Part shown: positions 43,120-53,169 of the stretch, one piece after another
Position numbering within the stretch: the stretch's first letter is position 1
Layout: every line of letters begins with the position of its first letter
IMG/VR virus record: IMGVR_UViG_3300009370_002257
Location: 1-64,000 of that record
Source: a virus
Taxonomy: Duplodnaviria; Caudoviricetes
Length of the DNA stretch: 64,000 nucleotides
Strand: one strand, 5' to 3'
The notes under the pieces: model-generated
The model's input: the letters and a program-made list of their open reading frames with translations, nothing else
Database searches by the model: none
Told to the model about the DNA's origin: nothing
Position numbers and translations under genes: made by a program

Positions 43120-43804
43120 AGAAATTAAACTCGGCATCGTTATAACGATGTATAACGAGCACGACACCGTGCGTCAGTCGATAGAGTCTATACGGAATCT
43201 GTGTTCCTCATGCGTTATCGTAGTGGCTCACTCAGACGACAATAAAGATACGGACGCGCTCACTTACATAAAAGACAATACAGATTCTTATATTTTATTA
43301 CCAAACATTGCCCCCGACCACGATAAATATACGCTACCGTCCGCTGCCATATGTAGAAATTACTCAGTCGGATTTCGGAAGCTGAGAGAGACTACTAACA
43401 ATCTCGACGCAGTCATAGGGGCGACAGGCGACACACTCTTTTTTGATATTAATCAAATTAAACCTCACGTAGCCACGCTAAGAGAGTCTGGTCTTGTCTT
43501 GCAGGCTGTGGGCCACGACTTTCATTCTAGCAACGCGGACCCAGCAAATGGGATAGAAGGGGGCAGGCTGCAAGGGCCCGACACAACCGACATAATGCCT
43601 CAATTTTTTGTATTTCGCGGAGACTTTTTTTATAACACCAATTTATTATTAGACATAAAAATAACAAACCCATTTACTAGCGAGCAATGCTTGGGTGATA
43701 ATATCATAGAAAATCTATCCCAAAAATTTCATACGTGCATCCGACGCTTGGGGGTGCATGCTTATGATTTTAGTGATGGTATAACATTACAGTCATGCGG
43801 GTAA
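43109..43804 (+). CDS. hypothetical protein (possible GT-A-like)
   Basis: Likely start 43109; IVITMYNE pattern. Confidence 0.6.
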   Translation: MTTEEIKLGIVITMYNEHDTVRQSIESIRNLCSSCVIVVAHSDDNKDTDALTYIKDNTDSYILLPNIAPDHDKYTLPSAAICRNYSVGFRKLRETTNNLDAVIGATGDTLFFDINQIKPHVATLRESGLVLQAVGHDFHSSNADPANGIEGGRLQGPDTTDIMPQFFVFRGDFFYNTNLLLDIKITNPFTSEQCLGDNIIENLSQKFHTCIRRLGVHAYDFSDGITLQSCG

Positions 43805-44229
43805 TATGCCATAGGGGAAACATTGACGGGCCAAACCCTTTATTAGAAAATGATCCTTCTCACATCAGACGGGCCTTAAATCTTGGTTTCGATGTAGAGG
43901 TAGACGTTTGGTCAATAAATGGAAACTACATACTGGGTCATGATTCCCCGACACATTTTGTGAAGGCGCTCTTTCTGAGAGGGGAGCGATTATGGTGTCA
44001 TGCAAAAAATAAAGAAGCCCTAGAAAGGATGATTCGAGACGATAAAATCCATTGCTTTTGGCACGAGGAAGACGACTATACTATAACATCTAATGGGCAT
44101 GTTTGGGTTTTCCCCGGGAAACCCTTATTCAAAGGGGCGATCTGCGTTAAACCGGAGCAGGGGGTTGACGGGAACCTTGGGGAATGCTATGCTGTTTGCA
44201 CAGACTATCCCCAGAAATATTTATCATGA
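43795..44229 (+). CDS. glycerophosphodiester phosphodiesterase-like small protein
   Basis: CHRGN, EN, GFDVEVDV, LGHD, LWCHAKN, FWH..DD. Confidence 0.75.
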   Translation: MRVICHRGNIDGPNPLLENDPSHIRRALNLGFDVEVDVWSINGNYILGHDSPTHFVKALFLRGERLWCHAKNKEALERMIRDDKIHCFWHEEDDYTITSNGHVWVFPGKPLFKGAICVKPEQGVDGNLGECYAVCTDYPQKYLS

Positions 44230-44591
44230 AAAACGCATCAGAAAATATAGAAGAAATAATAAAGTCTTCTGTCGAAAATTTCGACGGAAGTTACGAGCTA
44301 GGGAACCCCTTCGAAGACTTACTATCCTTTGGTGAGCTAGTTGATAGACTTTCTATTGTTAACTTTAAATTGTACACCCTAAAAGACGAGGTGATGCTGA
44401 TACCAGAAGAGGGATACAATAGAGAGCAGCAAGACTTCAAATCTTGGGCGTCTGTAGAAGATGTCAGACTGGTAAAAGAAAGAGCTAGACTTAAAAAATG
44501 CATAGATGAAAAACTGGTAGCCATGATCGCGAAATACCAGAAGGGGGATAAAAACGCAGGCTTTAACTCGGAGGTTAAAAAATATGGGTAA
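44226..44591 (+). CDS. hypothetical protein
   Basis: Likely start 44226; SFGELVDRLSIVNFK helical motif. Confidence 0.6.
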   Translation: MKNASENIEEIIKSSVENFDGSYELGNPFEDLLSFGELVDRLSIVNFKLYTLKDEVMLIPEEGYNREQQDFKSWASVEDVRLVKERARLKKCIDEKLVAMIAKYQKGDKNAGFNSEVKKYG

Positions 44592-44618
44592 AAGTAAATC
44601 AATTTAATATAATTTATT

Positions 44619-45590
44619 ATGAGTAAAAAAATTCTTATAGTAGGCGGAGCAGGTTACATAGGTGGATACATGACGGACCTACTCCTGAAAAAGGGGCATG
44701 ATGTTACAGTATTTGATAGCCTAATGTACGAAGACCGGTTCCTTAAGCCTGTTAATTTTATTAAAGGTTATACTTGGAATAAAGATGAACTTTCAAAAAT
44801 TTTACCAGAATACGATACAGTTATCTGGTTAGCTGCTATCGTGGGCGATGGAGCATGCGCTATAGACGCTAAGAAATCCAAAAGAGATAACGAAGACGCC
44901 GTCAAATGGTTAGTAGATAATTATCAAGGGAAAATAATATTCACTTCGACTTGCTCCGTGTACGGCAAGAACGACAATCTTATCGACGAGGAGGATATCC
45001 CTAACCCCTTATCAATTTACGCGGAAACCAAGCTCGGCGCAGAAAAATACGTGACCGAAAATGCTAGAGACTATTTGATTTTTAGACTTGGAACATTATA
45101 TGGGTTGGGCGACGAACACTCCAGAATAAGGCTAGACTTAGTAGCTAACGTGTTGGCCTACAGAGCCGCAACAGGGCAATCGCTCTCTGTCTTTGGGGGA
45201 GATCAGTGGAGGCCCTTGCTTCACGTGAAAGACGTCGGCGAAGCAGTTGCTTTTTGTCTAGAAAACAATATAACAGGGCTCTACAATCTCTCAGAAAACA
45301 ATTATAGAATTAGAGAAATCGCAGAAAAAATTAAAGAATCAATCCCCCGCGCCGAAGTAAGCTACACGGCGATGGAGTTCGAAGATCAAAGAAACTATAA
45401 AGTCAAAAACGAAAAAATATTATCTACTGGCTGGGCGCCCAAGTACAGCCTCAAGGAAGGCATTGAAGAAATAGCAAAGATATTCCAAGAAGATAGGATA
45501 TCTGACCCTCAAGACCCAGTTTATTCTAACGAAGGGTTTCTTAAAGAGGAACAGAGGAGACATTCTGGCGAAAAGTTCGAATTGTGGTAA
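44619..45590 (+). CDS. NAD-dependent epimerase/dehydratase
   Basis: GGAGYIG, LAAIVGD, STCSVYG, YAETK, RLGTLYG. Confidence 0.9.
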   Translation: MSKKILIVGGAGYIGGYMTDLLLKKGHDVTVFDSLMYEDRFLKPVNFIKGYTWNKDELSKILPEYDTVIWLAAIVGDGACAIDAKKSKRDNEDAVKWLVDNYQGKIIFTSTCSVYGKNDNLIDEEDIPNPLSIYAETKLGAEKYVTENARDYLIFRLGTLYGLGDEHSRIRLDLVANVLAYRAATGQSLSVFGGDQWRPLLHVKDVGEAVAFCLENNITGLYNLSENNYRIREIAEKIKESIPRAEVSYTAMEFEDQRNYKVKNEKILSTGWAPKYSLKEGIEEIAKIFQEDRISDPQDPVYSNEGFLKEEQRRHSGEKFELW

Positions 45591-45599
45591 CTTAATATA

Positions 45600-46064
45600 A
45601 TGAGCACGAATTTAATATCCGGTGGCGTTGCGGTAGATGATCGGGGCAGCGTACGTTTCGTAAATGACTTTAACTTTTCCGGGGTTAAAAGGTTTTACCA
45701 AGTAGATAACCACCGACAGGGGTTCATTCGGGCTTGGCACGGGCACAAAAAAGAAGGCAAGTATGTTTACGTGGCGCAAGGCGCTGCCCTTGTAGGCGCG
45801 GTCGAAATGGAAGTTAGAGAACACATAGAAGGTGTCGCGCATGACGGATTAATTAGCGCGGAGGGCGAGGTATTTAAATGCGTACTTTCCAGCCAAGCCC
45901 CTAAGGTGCTATGGATACCGCCGGGATACGCAAACGGGTTCATGAATTTAGCTGAGGGTACAATTATACAATTTTTCTCCACAAGCACACTAGAAGAAAG
46001 CTTGGGTGACGACATAAGATTCCCCTATGACAACTGGGATATATGGGATTTGGAATATAGATAA
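45600..46064 (+). CDS. RmlC-like dTDP-sugar 3,5-epimerase (cupin)
   Basis: DDRG, IRAWHGH, LWIPPGYANGF. Confidence 0.82.
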   Translation: MSTNLISGGVAVDDRGSVRFVNDFNFSGVKRFYQVDNHRQGFIRAWHGHKKEGKYVYVAQGAALVGAVEMEVREHIEGVAHDGLISAEGEVFKCVLSSQAPKVLWIPPGYANGFMNLAEGTIIQFFSTSTLEESLGDDIRFPYDNWDIWDLEYR

Positions 46065-46067
46065 ATT

Positions 46068-46871
46068 ATGAGAGTATTAATACTAGGATCAACGGGCATG
46101 CTTGGCAACGCAGTCGTTAAAGAGCTTTCTCTTGACAACTCATTTAAAGTGACCAAGACTCGCAGAGCAAACAATCATTCGGAAGATTATTGTTTTGACG
46201 TTACGAAGCACGACTTAACCAAACAGTGTGGCACAGATTACGATTACGTAATTAATTGTATTGGGGTAATCAAACCGTTTATCAACGATAACTCATACCA
46301 TTCAGCATATATCAATGGAGCATTCCCTCACAAGCTCGCTTCGTGGGCGCAAGAAAATGACATTAAAATGATCCATATCACCACCGACTGCGTTTTTTCT
46401 GGTAAAGACGGGGGCTACACGGAAGATAGTGAGCACGACGAGGTTGATTTTTACGGCAGGTCGAAATCCTTAGGGGAACCATCAAATTGTATGGTTCTGA
46501 GAACCAGTATAATCGGGGAAGAAATTCACAAACACGCGAGCTTAATTGCTTGGGTGAAATCCCAGAAAGACAAGACAGTTAACGGCTTCACAAACCACTG
46601 GTGGAACGGCGTCACAACAAACCAGTATGGTAAAATTTGCATGCAAATCATGAGAGAAGAACTATACGAAGAGGGACTCTTCCATGTATTTTCCCCCACC
46701 CCAGTTAATAAATCCGTACTGGTTGGCTGCATAAATACTAGATTTGAGTTAAATATTAAAATCAATCCGATGGAAGCAGACCCGACAGTAGACAGAACAC
46801 TATCGACAAACAAAAAGCTTAATGGTAAACTATACATACCAGAAATAGCAGAACAAATTAAGAGCTTATGA
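46068..46871 (+). CDS. RmlD-like dTDP-4-dehydrorhamnose reductase
   Basis: GSTGMLG, INCIG, HITTDCVFSG, YGRSK, LRTSIIG. Confidence 0.88.
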   Translation: MRVLILGSTGMLGNAVVKELSLDNSFKVTKTRRANNHSEDYCFDVTKHDLTKQCGTDYDYVINCIGVIKPFINDNSYHSAYINGAFPHKLASWAQENDIKMIHITTDCVFSGKDGGYTEDSEHDEVDFYGRSKSLGEPSNCMVLRTSIIGEEIHKHASLIAWVKSQKDKTVNGFTNHWWNGVTTNQYGKICMQIMREELYEEGLFHVFSPTPVNKSVLVGCINTRFELNIKINPMEADPTVDRTLSTNKKLNGKLYIPEIAEQIKSL

Positions 46872-47977
46872 CAAGAAAAGCATTAGTAACAGGATTATTG
46901 GGGCAAGATGGCTCGAACATGTGCGAGTATCTTCTTGGGCTAGACAACATTAAAGTTTTTGGGATGGCGAGAAGATCGTCTAATCCAAACTTTAGTAATT
47001 GCGAATCATTTTTAAATCATCCAAACTTTCAATTAGTCTATGGAGACCTTACAGATCAATACAGCATAGATAAACTAGTACAAGAAATACAACCAGATTA
47101 TTTTATTAATTTTGCTGCCAATTCTTTTGTTGGGATCAGTTGGGATATGCCCATGCAGGTCTTCGACACCAATGCTATGGGCGTCCTGAGATGTTTGGAG
47201 GCCGTAAAGAGATACCAGCCTAAATGCAGGTTCTATAGCGCCGGGAGTAGTGAGGAGTTCGGAGACGTAGCGTATTCACCCCAAGACATGAACCACCCAC
47301 TCAGGCCGCGTAGCCCGTATGGCGCATCAAAATGTGCGGCCAGACACCTAGTTAAAGTCTTTAGAGAATCTTACAATCTTTACGCTGTACACGCAACTCT
47401 GTTTAACCACGAAGGGCTTAAGAGAGGCGAAGAGTTTGTTACCCGAAAGATCACGAAGGGGGTGGCGAAGGCTCGCGAAGAATTCTTTAACACGGACAAA
47501 TGGGTTGAGGGTCATCCACCCAAGGTCACCCCCATAGAGTTAGGAAACCTAGAAGCGAAAAGAGACTGGAGTGATAGTGAAGATTTCGTAGAGGGCGTAT
47601 GGAAAATGCTACAGATGGATCACCCGAGAGATTATCTATTAGCTAGCGGGGAAACTCACTCTATAAAAGAATTCGCGGAAAGAGCGTTTTTCCACGCGGG
47701 TATTAAAAACGTATACTGGGAAGGAGAAGGCGTAGATCAAAAACTTTTCGTAAACCACGAAGGAAAACACCAAGTAATTTTAGTGAAAGTCAACCCTAAA
47801 TTTTACAGACCAGCAGAAATAGAATTACTATGGGGAGATGCATCAGAAACACAAGAGGTTCTCGACTGGAAACCAAGGATTTCATTTGACAATCTTGTAG
47901 AAAGGATGGTAATATGTGATATAGAGAATAGAGATAAAGAACAACATGGCAAGAAATACAGACCACAGCAAATGTAA
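46868..47977 (+). CDS. gmd: GDP-mannose 4,6-dehydratase
   Basis: TGLLGQDGS, GDLTD, SSEEFG, PRSPYGASK, LFNHE, RGEEFVTRKIT, GNLEAKRDW, FYRPAE. Confidence 0.95.
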   Translation: MTRKALVTGLLGQDGSNMCEYLLGLDNIKVFGMARRSSNPNFSNCESFLNHPNFQLVYGDLTDQYSIDKLVQEIQPDYFINFAANSFVGISWDMPMQVFDTNAMGVLRCLEAVKRYQPKCRFYSAGSSEEFGDVAYSPQDMNHPLRPRSPYGASKCAARHLVKVFRESYNLYAVHATLFNHEGLKRGEEFVTRKITKGVAKAREEFFNTDKWVEGHPPKVTPIELGNLEAKRDWSDSEDFVEGVWKMLQMDHPRDYLLASGETHSIKEFAERAFFHAGIKNVYWEGEGVDQKLFVNHEGKHQVILVKVNPKFYRPAEIELLWGDASETQEVLDWKPRISFDNLVERMVICDIENRDKEQHGKKYRPQQM

Positions 47978-48302
47978 GTATATTGTAAGCAAATTCTGCT
48001 TAGAACCCCAGTTTATTAGCTGGGGAAAAGAAATCAACATAGCCAAAAAGCTCCTCAAGGCTTATCCAGACATGGACTTTTGGGAAAAGATGCCTCCCAG
48101 AGATTACGGAAACACCCTTTCCTTTTTTCTTACGAGCGAAGGCAAAGCTTTCTTAGCTGCTCAGAGAAGATTGTTACAATTAAACCTCGAACAGCCAGAA
48201 CAGTATGAGCTTTCAGATAAAAAACTTTTAAAAAATAACAAGACTAAAAACAAAAAACCCAAAACATTAATGGAATTTTTAAGAGATGGCAAAGAGAACT
48301 AA
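47946..48302 (+). CDS. hypothetical protein
   Basis: 118 aa ORF overlapping both neighbours. Confidence 0.65.
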   Translation: MARNTDHSKCKYIVSKFCLEPQFISWGKEINIAKKLLKAYPDMDFWEKMPPRDYGNTLSFFLTSEGKAFLAAQRRLLQLNLEQPEQYELSDKKLLKNNKTKNKKPKTLMEFLRDGKEN

Positions 48303-49380
48303 AGCAGAAAGCGGGGTAACCCCACAACAACAAATTCAGGCATACCTCGAACAAAACAAGGGGGATCACTACAACTTTGAAGAGGAAAGGGTTTATACGG
48401 TATCCAGCGGCAGCTTGCTAATGGACATAGAGATGGGAGGGGGCATAAAACCGGGGGTTATTCGAGCCTCTGGCGTCACGGAGGGGGGCAAGACTTCCTG
48501 CGGCCTAGCTTTCGCTAAGAATTTCCAAAAAATGGATAACTCTTTAGTTATCTACATTAAAGCAGAGGGTCGTTTATCCACCGACATGGTAGAGAGGATG
48601 GGCATAGATACAAGCGAGGAGAAGTGGTTTGTATTTAAATGTAATGTTTATGAAACTGTCATTAATTTCATGCGGCAAATGGTTAAAGATAATCCATCAA
48701 ATACGAGGTATATGTTTATCATTGATTCCATGGACGCTCTCGTACCGAAAGGGGATTTAGAGAAAGGCGCAGAGGAAGCACTCAAGGTGGGCGGGGGCGC
48801 GTTATTAAGTTCCGACTTCCTGCGCAGGATGGCTCTCGGACTAGCAACAAGAGGCCATATTTGCTATATGATCTCTCAAGTCCGGAGCACCATTAAGATC
48901 AACCCTTATGAAAAAACTGCGCCTCAAGTAACCAACGCGTCCGGTGGTAACGCTGCGTTACATTATAGCGACTGGATTCTAGAATTTCAGCCAAGATATG
49001 TCAAAGACTTAATAACCACTCAACCCCAAGGAAAGGGGGATCAATTAGGGCACTGGTGCAAGGTGGTATTTAGAAAAACGCCAAACGAAAAAACAGGGAT
49101 AGCCGTGAGATACCCCATCAGATACGGTAGAAAAAACGGCAAGAGTATATGGGTGGAGAAAGAAGTCGTAGACATGATGCTCGCTTGGGAAATGGCCACA
49201 GCGAAAGGCGCTTGGGTGACAATCTCTGACGAGATAATCGAAGAAGTTAAAACCGAAACGGGGTTAGAGCTTAAAAAGCAGCACCAAGGGGTAGATAATC
49301 TTAGTAAATATTTTGAAGAAGAAAAAGAAATCGGTAAATATTTGTTTACCAAATTCAGAGAGGTATTAAAAAAATCATGA
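48286..49380 (+). CDS. RecA/UvsX-like recombinase
   Basis: SSGSLLMD..GGG, Walker A GVTEGGKT, IIDSMDAL, ISQVR, SGGNAALHYS. Confidence 0.85.
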   Translation: MAKRTKAESGVTPQQQIQAYLEQNKGDHYNFEEERVYTVSSGSLLMDIEMGGGIKPGVIRASGVTEGGKTSCGLAFAKNFQKMDNSLVIYIKAEGRLSTDMVERMGIDTSEEKWFVFKCNVYETVINFMRQMVKDNPSNTRYMFIIDSMDALVPKGDLEKGAEEALKVGGGALLSSDFLRRMALGLATRGHICYMISQVRSTIKINPYEKTAPQVTNASGGNAALHYSDWILEFQPRYVKDLITTQPQGKGDQLGHWCKVVFRKTPNEKTGIAVRYPIRYGRKNGKSIWVEKEVVDMMLAWEMATAKGAWVTISDEIIEEVKTETGLELKKQHQGVDNLSKYFEEEKEIGKYLFTKFREVLKKS

Positions 49381-50291
49381 CGGTACTTGTTACAGGCGGC
49401 GGGGGTTTTATAGGCAGTAATCTGGTAGACGCCTTAGTTAAAGCCGGACACAGAGTTATTAGCGTTGATAATAAAAGCGCGAATGCTTCTGGATACTATA
49501 AAAATACGAATTCTATTATATATAATTCAGATATAAATTGTGACGCTTTTCTATCTGAGCTCTTTGGGTCGCATGAAATAGACACGGTCTTTCATTTAGC
49601 TGCGGACGCAAGAATCCAGTACGCAATAAAATATCCAATGAAAGTTTTTGATAATAATTTCACAGGGACAGTAAGGCTGTTATCTTTTTGTAAGGAGTAC
49701 GGGGTTAAGAGGTTCATATTTTCATCGACGTCTTCCATTTATGGGCTGAAAAATAATCCGCCACTAACAGAAGACATGCCGGCCGATTGCCTAACCGCTT
49801 ACGCCATCAGTAAACACGCCGCAGAGGAGGCTTGCACAATGTACTACAAACTGTACGGCCTAGAAACTGTCGTCTTGAGGTATTTCAACGTGTATGGCCC
49901 AAGAGAGCCGGATAAAGGGGAGTACTCTACGCTCATAAAAAGATTCCGAATGCAAAGAGACGCGGGAGAAAACATGACTATCGTCGGTGATGGGGGTCAA
50001 ACAAGAGACTTTACTCATGTAGACGATGTTGTTAGAGCCAATATCTTAGCGGCTAAGAGCATACTGCCGGCGGCATCCTATAATGAAGTCTTCGGTGGGG
50101 TGTTTAATATTGGTTCGGGCAATAGCTACAGCGTCCTTGAAATTGCAGAAATGATTGGTGGGCAAACAGAATTTATAGCGGCGCGAGATGGGGAGGCCAG
50201 AGACACATTGGCTGACGTCAGTAAAGCGAAGACTCTACTGGATTGGGAACCTACAAAGTGGGTGGAGGATTATATACGTGAGGCTTTATAA
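49377..50291 (+). CDS. NAD-dependent UDP-sugar 4-epimerase
   Basis: TGGGGFIGS, HLAA, YAISK, RYFNVYGPR, GDGGQTRDFTHVDD. Confidence 0.9.
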   Translation: MTVLVTGGGGFIGSNLVDALVKAGHRVISVDNKSANASGYYKNTNSIIYNSDINCDAFLSELFGSHEIDTVFHLAADARIQYAIKYPMKVFDNNFTGTVRLLSFCKEYGVKRFIFSSTSSIYGLKNNPPLTEDMPADCLTAYAISKHAAEEACTMYYKLYGLETVVLRYFNVYGPREPDKGEYSTLIKRFRMQRDAGENMTIVGDGGQTRDFTHVDDVVRANILAAKSILPAASYNEVFGGVFNIGSGNSYSVLEIAEMIGGQTEFIAARDGEARDTLADVSKAKTLLDWEPTKWVEDYIREAL

Positions 50292-50697
50292 CATTCACGG
50301 CAAGCTGCAAAGCAAAAGGGTAACGAAATATCTGATATCTTGGGGCAAAAAGTCTCGCTCTAAATTACAATTTTCAGTCAAGCAATTTTTTAAACCGTAC
50401 TGGGAAAACCATATAGTCTATGAAGAGTTTCCCGTATTCGGAAGCAGAATGAAGGTGGACTTCTTAAACGCAACAAAGAAGATCGCCGTAGAAGTTAATG
50501 GCCCACAACACGGCAGCTTTAATAAATTTTTTCACAAGAATTCTAGATTAAATTACCTAGAATCAATAAAGAGGGACTGCCAAAAGAGGGAGTGGTTAGA
50601 AAAAAATAATTTTCAAGTTCTCGAAATAGAAGAAAGTGACATTGAAAAACTTTCTCCGAAATTCATTGAACAAACTTTCGGCTGTGTTATTATATAG
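50278..50697 (+). CDS. DUF559/Vsr-like endonuclease
   Basis: Likely GTG start 50278; EEFP, VDF, IAVEVNGPQH, RD..KREW. Confidence 0.75.
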   Translation: MRLYNIHGKLQSKRVTKYLISWGKKSRSKLQFSVKQFFKPYWENHIVYEEFPVFGSRMKVDFLNATKKIAVEVNGPQHGSFNKFFHKNSRLNYLESIKRDCQKREWLEKNNFQVLEIEESDIEKLSPKFIEQTFGCVII

Positions 50698-50719
50698 CCA
50701 TCTAGGTCATGGATTTCCC

Positions 50720-50748
50720 TTGACCTAATCGTAAAAAACAACAATAAT
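50720..50748 (+). promoter_or_regulatory. sigma70-type promoter with GTAA spacer motif, upstream of dnaB
   Basis: TTGACC-taatcGTAAaaaacaac(17)-AATAAT; the -35 is one arm of the inverted repeat TAGGTCA-N11-TGACCTA. Confidence 0.6.
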
Positions 50749-50761
50749 AAGGAAAACAATA

Positions 50762-52249
50762 ATGAGTAAGATATATTCAGAGAGAGTAGAAAGACACGTT
50801 CTAGGAGGACTAATCAAACACCCAAAAGTATTCGCAGAGGTAGATGGATTTATTAATGAAAGAGATTTTTTTCACAATGTTCACTATACTATTTTCTGTG
50901 TCCTGCGAGACAGTGTTTACAAGAATGAAAAGATAGATGAGGTACTCCTTGCAACAAAAATCCAGAACTTGGGGGTAGCATTTAAGGATGATATTAATAT
51001 TCATCAATATATTTCGAGCATCACATTCACGCAGATAACTCAGGGGGCAACCGTAGAAGCCTGTAAAGAGTTAGTTAAGCTGAGGGTGAGAAGGGAGATA
51101 GACGAAACCGCAGAAAAGATAGCAGATGAAGTGCGTAATGCTGGGGAGAAAAACGTAGATGAAATAGTAGCTTTATGTGATTCAATTTATAACGATAAAA
51201 TCTCTAGCTACCAGTTTGACGAAGAGCCGGTAGAAATTATGGACGGCTTAGAGGATTTACTCCAAGAGCGCGCGGAAGCACCAGAAGAAGATACGGGCAT
51301 AGCAACCCCATACGAAGAGTTCAATAGAATGTATGGAGGATTTAAGGCTGGGCATGTTTACTCTATTGCCTCTAGACCGGGGGAAGGTAAAACCACTTGG
51401 CTCGTAGACTGTGGGTTTAAGGCTGGCGAAATCAATGATGTTAAAGTTCTCTACCTAGACACTGAAATGATGACTGAGGAAATCAAATTTAGATTAGCTT
51501 CCTCGTTCACAGATATACCTACATGGTATTTGGAAACAGGTAACTGGGCCAAGAATTCAGACCTTATCAACAAAGTTAATAACTGTGACAAGCTCAAAAA
51601 AGGATCTAATTTCTACCATTTTCACGTAAGTGATAAGCCAATCGAGAGGGTGTGCTCAATAATTAAAAGATGGTACTACTCAGTGGTTGGTAGGGGTAAT
51701 AAATGCATGATTATATACGATTACGTAAAGCTCACTGGGGAAACGCTTGGCAAAAATTACATGGAGTATCAAATTATTGGAGATAAAATCAACCAACTAA
51801 AGAGGGTCGCTGAAGAAGTGAACGCCCCAGTGCTAACAGCCATACAGCTTAACCGGACAGGGGAATCTAGAAACCGGAGAGCGGCAGATATAGTTGATGA
51901 TAGCTCCGCGTTTGCCCTGTCAGACAGGCTCCAGTGGATCGCTGCCTTCACTGCGATTTTTAGACGGAAAACCCTTGAGGAGGTCGCCATTGACGGAGAA
52001 GAGTTCGGAACGCACAAATTGGTTCCAACTAAAACCCGCTTCCAAGGTAAGGACGCGGCGGGTCATAGAGACTTTTTAAGAAGGACCGAGGAAAGCGGCT
52101 CGAGCAGGTTCGTACCCAACTTCATAAACTTTAATGTAGGCAACTTCGCCGTTGACGAAAGGGGCTCATTGAGGCATATTATTGAAAGGGAGAACGAAAC
52201 CTACGAGGTTCAAGATTCTAACGAAAATGACAGTCAAGACGTACTGTAA
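50762..52249 (+). CDS. dnaB: replicative DNA helicase
   Basis: ERHVLGGL N-domain, ASRPGEGKT, LDTEM, IYDYVK, AIQLNR, KTR. Confidence 0.92.
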   Translation: MSKIYSERVERHVLGGLIKHPKVFAEVDGFINERDFFHNVHYTIFCVLRDSVYKNEKIDEVLLATKIQNLGVAFKDDINIHQYISSITFTQITQGATVEACKELVKLRVRREIDETAEKIADEVRNAGEKNVDEIVALCDSIYNDKISSYQFDEEPVEIMDGLEDLLQERAEAPEEDTGIATPYEEFNRMYGGFKAGHVYSIASRPGEGKTTWLVDCGFKAGEINDVKVLYLDTEMMTEEIKFRLASSFTDIPTWYLETGNWAKNSDLINKVNNCDKLKKGSNFYHFHVSDKPIERVCSIIKRWYYSVVGRGNKCMIIYDYVKLTGETLGKNYMEYQIIGDKINQLKRVAEEVNAPVLTAIQLNRTGESRNRRAADIVDDSSAFALSDRLQWIAAFTAIFRRKTLEEVAIDGEEFGTHKLVPTKTRFQGKDAAGHRDFLRRTEESGSSRFVPNFINFNVGNFAVDERGSLRHIIERENETYEVQDSNENDSQDVL

Positions 52250-53169
52250 TGCGAGACTCAGAAAATCTGAAAGAAATCCTATTGGATTTAGGTTATCAGA
52301 ACATAACCGATATGGGCAAAGAGCTAAGAGCCAAGCCCATTTATCGGGATTCTGATAGCAGCACAGTATTACGAATCAGGAAAGATACAGGTCATTGGGT
52401 TGATTTTAGCAAAAACATCAGCGGCACGTTCGAGGAGTTGGTTCGGCTCTCCCTAGGTGTAGACGACATAACCCAAGCCAAAGAATATATTGCGAGTAAG
52501 TGGGGCGCGCCCCGAAAAACGAGGGTCACCCCGAAACCGGAAATAAGAATGCCAAAAGTTTTTCCAAAAGAATCGTTATCCAAACTAGTACCCGAACACG
52601 ACTACTGGGTAGACAGAAACGTGGCTTTGGATACCCTGCGGATGTTTAAGGGCGGCATAATTAAGGAGGGCAGGATGAAAGACAGGTATGTATTCCCTAT
52701 ATTCAATCACAAAGAAGAACTTATCGGAGCCTCTGGTAGGGATTTAATTAACGACCCGAACAATAAGAAGAGGCCTAAATGGAAACACGTAGGGAACAAA
52801 AGTGAGTGGAAGTATCCATTATTTTTTAACTATAAAATTATAAAAGAAAAAAATGAAGCAATTCTTATAGAGAGCATAGGCGATATGCTTGCTCTTTGGG
52901 ACGCTGGAGTAAAAAATACCATAGTGACATTTGGCTTAGACACGAGCGTAGCAATAATTAATTTCCTATTAAGATATGATATAGAAAAAATACGCATCTC
53001 ACTCAACAACGATGCAGACAACAACTTCGCAGGGAATGAAGCTGCGGAGAAATTGCAAAGAAAACTAAGAAAGTATTTTGACGAACATCAGGTAAGCATT
53101 AAGCTGCCCACTCAAAACGACTTTGGAGAAATGACAAAGCAAGAAATCAACCACTGGTACCATGCCTAA
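52249..53169 (+). CDS. DnaG-like primase (Toprim)
   Basis: RYVFPI, GASGR, KWK, ESIGDML, FG, NND, GNEAA, DFGE. Confidence 0.85.
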   Translation: MRDSENLKEILLDLGYQNITDMGKELRAKPIYRDSDSSTVLRIRKDTGHWVDFSKNISGTFEELVRLSLGVDDITQAKEYIASKWGAPRKTRVTPKPEIRMPKVFPKESLSKLVPEHDYWVDRNVALDTLRMFKGGIIKEGRMKDRYVFPIFNHKEELIGASGRDLINDPNNKKRPKWKHVGNKSEWKYPLFFNYKIIKEKNEAILIESIGDMLALWDAGVKNTIVTFGLDTSVAIINFLLRYDIEKIRISLNNDADNNFAGNEAAEKLQRKLRKYFDEHQVSIKLPTQNDFGEMTKQEINHWYHA

